Shown here in pieces: positions 60,281 through 64,000 of a stretch of DNA of 64,000 nt. The translations under genes and the position numbers were made by a program. The number at the start of each line of letters is the position of its first letter. Positions within the stretch are counted from its first letter, which is position 1. Origin of the DNA: an uncultured Phycisphaerales bacterium (GTDB lineage: Bacteria; Planctomycetota; Phycisphaerae; Sedimentisphaerales; Anaerobacaceae); NCBI GenBank assembly GCA_963718665.1, contig OY970359.1:1248001-1312000 (forward strand), written 5' to 3'. The notes beneath the pieces were generated by a model. The model worked only from the letters and a program-made list of their open reading frames with translations. It ran no database searches and was not told the origin of the DNA.

Positions 60281-61540
60281 ATGCTAAATAGAATCAAGAA
60301 ACAGTTAGTTGAAGGCAAGACCCTGCTGCTGTTCGGCTTTCTCAAGGGGCTGGTGCAGGTTGTTCCGCTGATAATTGCCAAGTTTTTCTCGGAGGATATG
60401 TTCGGCACATACTCTCTGGCAAAAATGGTGATATTCTTTTTTATAGCGCTGCTTATCACGACGCCGCAGACGCCATTCGTGGTTTTCGCCAGCAGAGAAC
60501 GGGTAGAAACAGGGAAAATCAACAAGTTCTTTTCGATACAGGCGGTGTTTTTCGTTTTCGGCATTGTGTTTTACGCAGTCATGGCAGTGATATTCAACAG
60601 CCCGATTCGCCGTTTTGCGGGAATATCGGCTCCTGATTTAATATGTATGTCGCTGGGCTTTGCGGGCATCGCGTTAAGCTCTTTTCTCAGCAATCTGTTC
60701 TTAGCCCTTGGGCAGAGGGTCAAAAACTCGCTGTCAGAACTGGCCTATGGGGTAATTATGTTAGCGATTATCATAGGGCTGGCCGCAACGGGAATGCTCA
60801 GCATTCAAACCATTTTTCTGACATATTTAGTATCATCAATAATCACGCTGCTTATTTTTGCCGGAACCATCCCCTGGGGCAATCTGCTGCCTTTTAATTT
60901 TTCAATTACCCACTTCAGGGAGATGTTTGACTTCACAAAATGGGTTTTTATCGGGGCGACGGCAATATATTTTATCGACTGGGGCGACAACGCCATCCTG
61001 AAGGTTTTCAACATATCCACGGCCGATATAGGCCAATACAGTTTCGGATACCAGATATTCAACGGGCTGGTTACCATGATATATGTCCTGAACAGCTACT
61101 TTTTACCATTTGTGTCTGAGAATGTGCATGACAGCGGCAGGATGCGAGATTATCTCTACAGCAAAAGGCCCAGGATTTTGCTCTTTGGCCTTGCTATATT
61201 AACGGCGGTCTTTTTCGCTTGTCCATACGCTTTCCAGATTATCTATAAAGGTTCGTATCATAGTTCGGTCAACATCCTGAGAATCCTGCTCATCGGCTGC
61301 GCGTTGATGCTTTACAATACTTTTTATATTCCATTATTTAACGCGCTGCAACTATATAAGTTCCTACAGACGACAAACGTCGTAATTATGGTGATAAAAG
61401 TGGCATTAAATATTCTGCTTGTGCTGAAGTATGGTTTCTACGGGGCGGCAGTCGGGACGGTGATTTCGTATTTTTGTATAACGGCCATATACGAGGGCTA
61501 TTACCAAATCAAAATAAAACGGCTGATAAATGAAAAATAG
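60281..61540 (+). CDS. Polysaccharide flippase (Wzx/MOP family)
   Basis: About 12 hydrophobic segments, FGTYSL, GQYS, YGFYGAAVGT. Confidence 0.82.
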   Translation: MLNRIKKQLVEGKTLLLFGFLKGLVQVVPLIIAKFFSEDMFGTYSLAKMVIFFFIALLITTPQTPFVVFASRERVETGKINKFFSIQAVFFVFGIVFYAVMAVIFNSPIRRFAGISAPDLICMSLGFAGIALSSFLSNLFLALGQRVKNSLSELAYGVIMLAIIIGLAATGMLSIQTIFLTYLVSSIITLLIFAGTIPWGNLLPFNFSITHFREMFDFTKWVFIGATAIYFIDWGDNAILKVFNISTADIGQYSFGYQIFNGLVTMIYVLNSYFLPFVSENVHDSGRMRDYLYSKRPRILLFGLAILTAVFFACPYAFQIIYKGSYHSSVNILRILLIGCALMLYNTFYIPLFNALQLYKFLQTTNVVIMVIKVALNILLVLKYGFYGAAVGTVISYFCITAIYEGYYQIKIKRLINEK

Positions 61541-61577
61541 CAGCCCTGTTGGAATTACCGGTTCGACACGAGAAAGA

Positions 61578-62962
61578 TCATCCTCTCAGTTCGATATGTT
61601 CTTTCCAGCCATCCGGCGGAATGAAATCTTTTCCATACAATCTTGCCGTTTCAGCAAATGAATACGTTTTGCCGTTTGTGCACACTTTTAGTTCTTCCGC
61701 GGGATGGCGAACGAGCGGATAGTTGTAATCGGACTCCAAACCGCATCGCAGCAGAGCGATTTTCCGCCAGTCGAAATGCATAAGCGCCGCATGCGCCATA
61801 TCAGCAAACAATGACGAGCTGGCAAATGTAACGGCTCCAAGATTTATCGGTTCGGGAGCCAGCGGCCCGTTATGCTGACCGGCTATAATGCCGTCAGTGA
61901 GCGAATAGACGCATCTTGCCGGAGTCGATGACATTGAGCCATCAATTTTGCCGTACATCGCGATCCGATTCAAGTCGAGTACCATTCGCCATACGGTATC
62001 ATTGCCGTACCAGCTTCCCTCCAGCGATTTATGCACATGCGGAGATATGATCCACTGTAATCCGATTAATCCGTTTACACAAAACTGCCAGAACGGCCGA
62101 TCTGGCTTGTTAATGCGAGAATTGCTTATATCAAGAAACGATTCCGCAAGACGCTTGAGAAAAAAACTGCCCTCATAGCAATCACCGCCTTGCGCAGAGC
62201 CGCCGATTCGGTGGTGCGGCAAGTAACCTTTGTTTCCATTGATTCCGACAAGATTTTTAACCGCTGCCGTTATACCGGCTTTCCTGTGAGCTTTCAATTT
62301 AGGCAAATTGATGATAACGTCGGCCTCAAACGGTTCTTTTGCAAGTAAATACTGATGGCGGCCGGGCCGGTGCGTCGAAGCAAGCGCCTTTGGGTCGTAG
62401 TTGGTATTTCTGAAGGTTCCTGCCGATTCAGTGATAGGCTCCATCAGGCTATCGTGTCCCAAATCAAACATAACGAAGTTTTCCAACCCGCGTCTGTTAG
62501 AATCGACTTTACCATATTTATCTACGACATCTCTTCTGAAATCAATAATCTCTACCGGACAAGAGTTGTTTATATCGTTTGTTTTCAGCCAGTCCAAACT
62601 GGGCAGTTCTTCAAACACTGTGGATTGTATTGGAGCATCTGCGATAATTACCCGCGATGGCTTTGCGGTAAACACTTCTTTCAGCACCGCCTTAATAAAA
62701 AAAGGATGGGTGACCATACAATCCATCCCGCAATTACTTTGATTGTAGTGAAGTACCCAGTTTGGTTTTAAAAGCACACTCATCCCCGGCTCTATAATAT
62801 CTGCCAGCGGGATGTCAGGGTTTTTGCAGCCCAAGCCGCCCTGGCTCATTGCTTCTTTCAGGAGTCGTGAAAGCAATGCCGCATCATGATAAGGCGAACT
62901 TGTTCCAAAGGCATCCTTATCGATGAGAGCTAATCCAACACGGGTTTCATCCATTGCAACCA
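61578..62962 (-). CDS. DUF362 domain protein
   Basis: VLLKPNWVLH, VTHP, DAP, INLPKLKAHRKAGITAAVKNLVG, DGIIAG..NGP; start codon uncertain (62953, 62962 or 63008). Confidence 0.82.
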
Positions 62963-63150
62963 TACTACCCTTCAAAAGGCACTTTCGTTTTTGTGAAAGA
63001 ACACCCAACTAATATCATACCGTATTTCTGCATTTTTAAATTTCTATTTTTTTTATATCAGCACTATGACCGGGACCTAACATTGTTATGGATTACTATA
63101 CTGGGATTTCCCATATAACATTGTATATCCTTCTAAAATAACCGCGCAGG

Positions 63151-64000
63151 TCATAGTTCACTGATGGTGTATAAATATTTCCCGCTTTTGGTGGGCGGGA
63201 TATCATCGACGTATTCAAATTCTACTTTGCAATCCTGCCCCATTACTTTTCTGATTGAATCGACCAGAGCCGGTATAGTTTCCGCAAATTTCTGATTATC
63301 AAGAAGGACCGCTTTTATGAGGATATAATCATAACTTTTTTGAATAACCTGAAATTTTTTTACGATACCCTTGTTGTAAACAACCCCAACGAAATGGATG
63401 AAAAACTCTCCCGGCACAACTTTCCCATCCCTGGTTTTAAAAACTTCGATATGCCTTCCAACGACGGTTTCGATGAGAGGCGCACCTCTGCCGCAGGAAC
63501 ATTTTGTGGTTTTCGCAGGAATCGCCATATCACCGATGCCATACCTTATGAACGGCATAGATAAATTGTCGAGTGTGGTGACATAAACATTGCCCATTCG
63601 CCCCGGCGGGCAGGGTCTTAAACTTTCATCGAGGATTTCCATTTTAGTATTCAGAGGGAAAGTATGCAGTCCCTTTTTTTTCAGGCACTCGCAGGCAATC
63701 ATGCCGACCTCACGGGAACCATAATGATTCAACGCGGGACAGCCGAAAACTTCCTCGATAAGATTTCTGACGTCCGGGGTAAGCGTCTCGGCCGAGCAAA
63801 TAATAACTTCCGGCCGAAATATCTTAATGCCCGCACCTTTGATATAGCGGGCGAAATCATATATGGAGCTGGTATAGGCATTGACCGATTTGGGCCTGAT
63901 TAAATTCCATCGGCTGACATAATCTTTCAAATTCTTTTCAGACATCAGGAAGCTGTTGAGCATCTCAACATTGAAAAGCAGATTATTAATCCTTGATGAA
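63151..64000 (-). CDS. Phenylacetate-CoA ligase / CapK-like adenylate-forming protein (5' end outside the window)
   Basis: SAETL, YGSRE, IACEC, MPFIRYGIGD, CSCGRG, SGK. Confidence 0.85.
   Translation of the reverse strand, partial: SSRINNLLFNVEMLNSFLMSEKNLKDYVSRWNLIRPKSVNAYTSSIYDFARYIKGAGIKIFRPEVIICSAETLTPDVRNLIEEVFGCPALNHYGSREVGMIACECLKKKGLHTFPLNTKMEILDESLRPCPPGRMGNVYVTTLDNLSMPFIRYGIGDMAIPAKTTKCSCGRGAPLIETVVGRHIEVFKTRDGKVVPGEFFIHFVGVVYNKGIVKKFQVIQKSYDYILIKAVLLDNQKFAETIPALVDSIRKVMGQDCKVEFEYVDDIPPTKSGKYLYTISEL

Overview
A 64-kb chromosomal window, most likely from a Planctomycetota bacterium. The class Phycisphaerae (Sedimentisphaerales-like) is inferred by eye from the 16S signatures and gene style. 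Most of the window is core genome: surface-polysaccharide and lipid A genes at both ends, uvrB-nadC-birA-lipBA, tldD/pmbA, glnS, trpC, smpB, a stand-alone 16S rRNA gene, queFCE, tRNA-Leu, yajC-secDF, lspA, valS, rho, coaE and dxr-rseP. The best candidate for a little-described system is a BlaI repressor plus a BlaR1-type M56 peptidase whose sensor domain is a GH10 xylanase, with a perfect BlaI-type operator inside the promoter (52.5-55.3 kb). Other highlights: a nested recombination scar between glnS and trpC; a MetF-MetV-pterin-methyltransferase triple fusion; a LipB-LipA fusion; an SHMT paralog with a rewired active site; a RAYT with its REPs; many REP-like and heptamer repeats, some translated in frame; structured non-coding elements around the 16S gene; and a strand-bias switch at 28-33.5 kb. 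All calls come from motif recognition by eye; no database searches were run.
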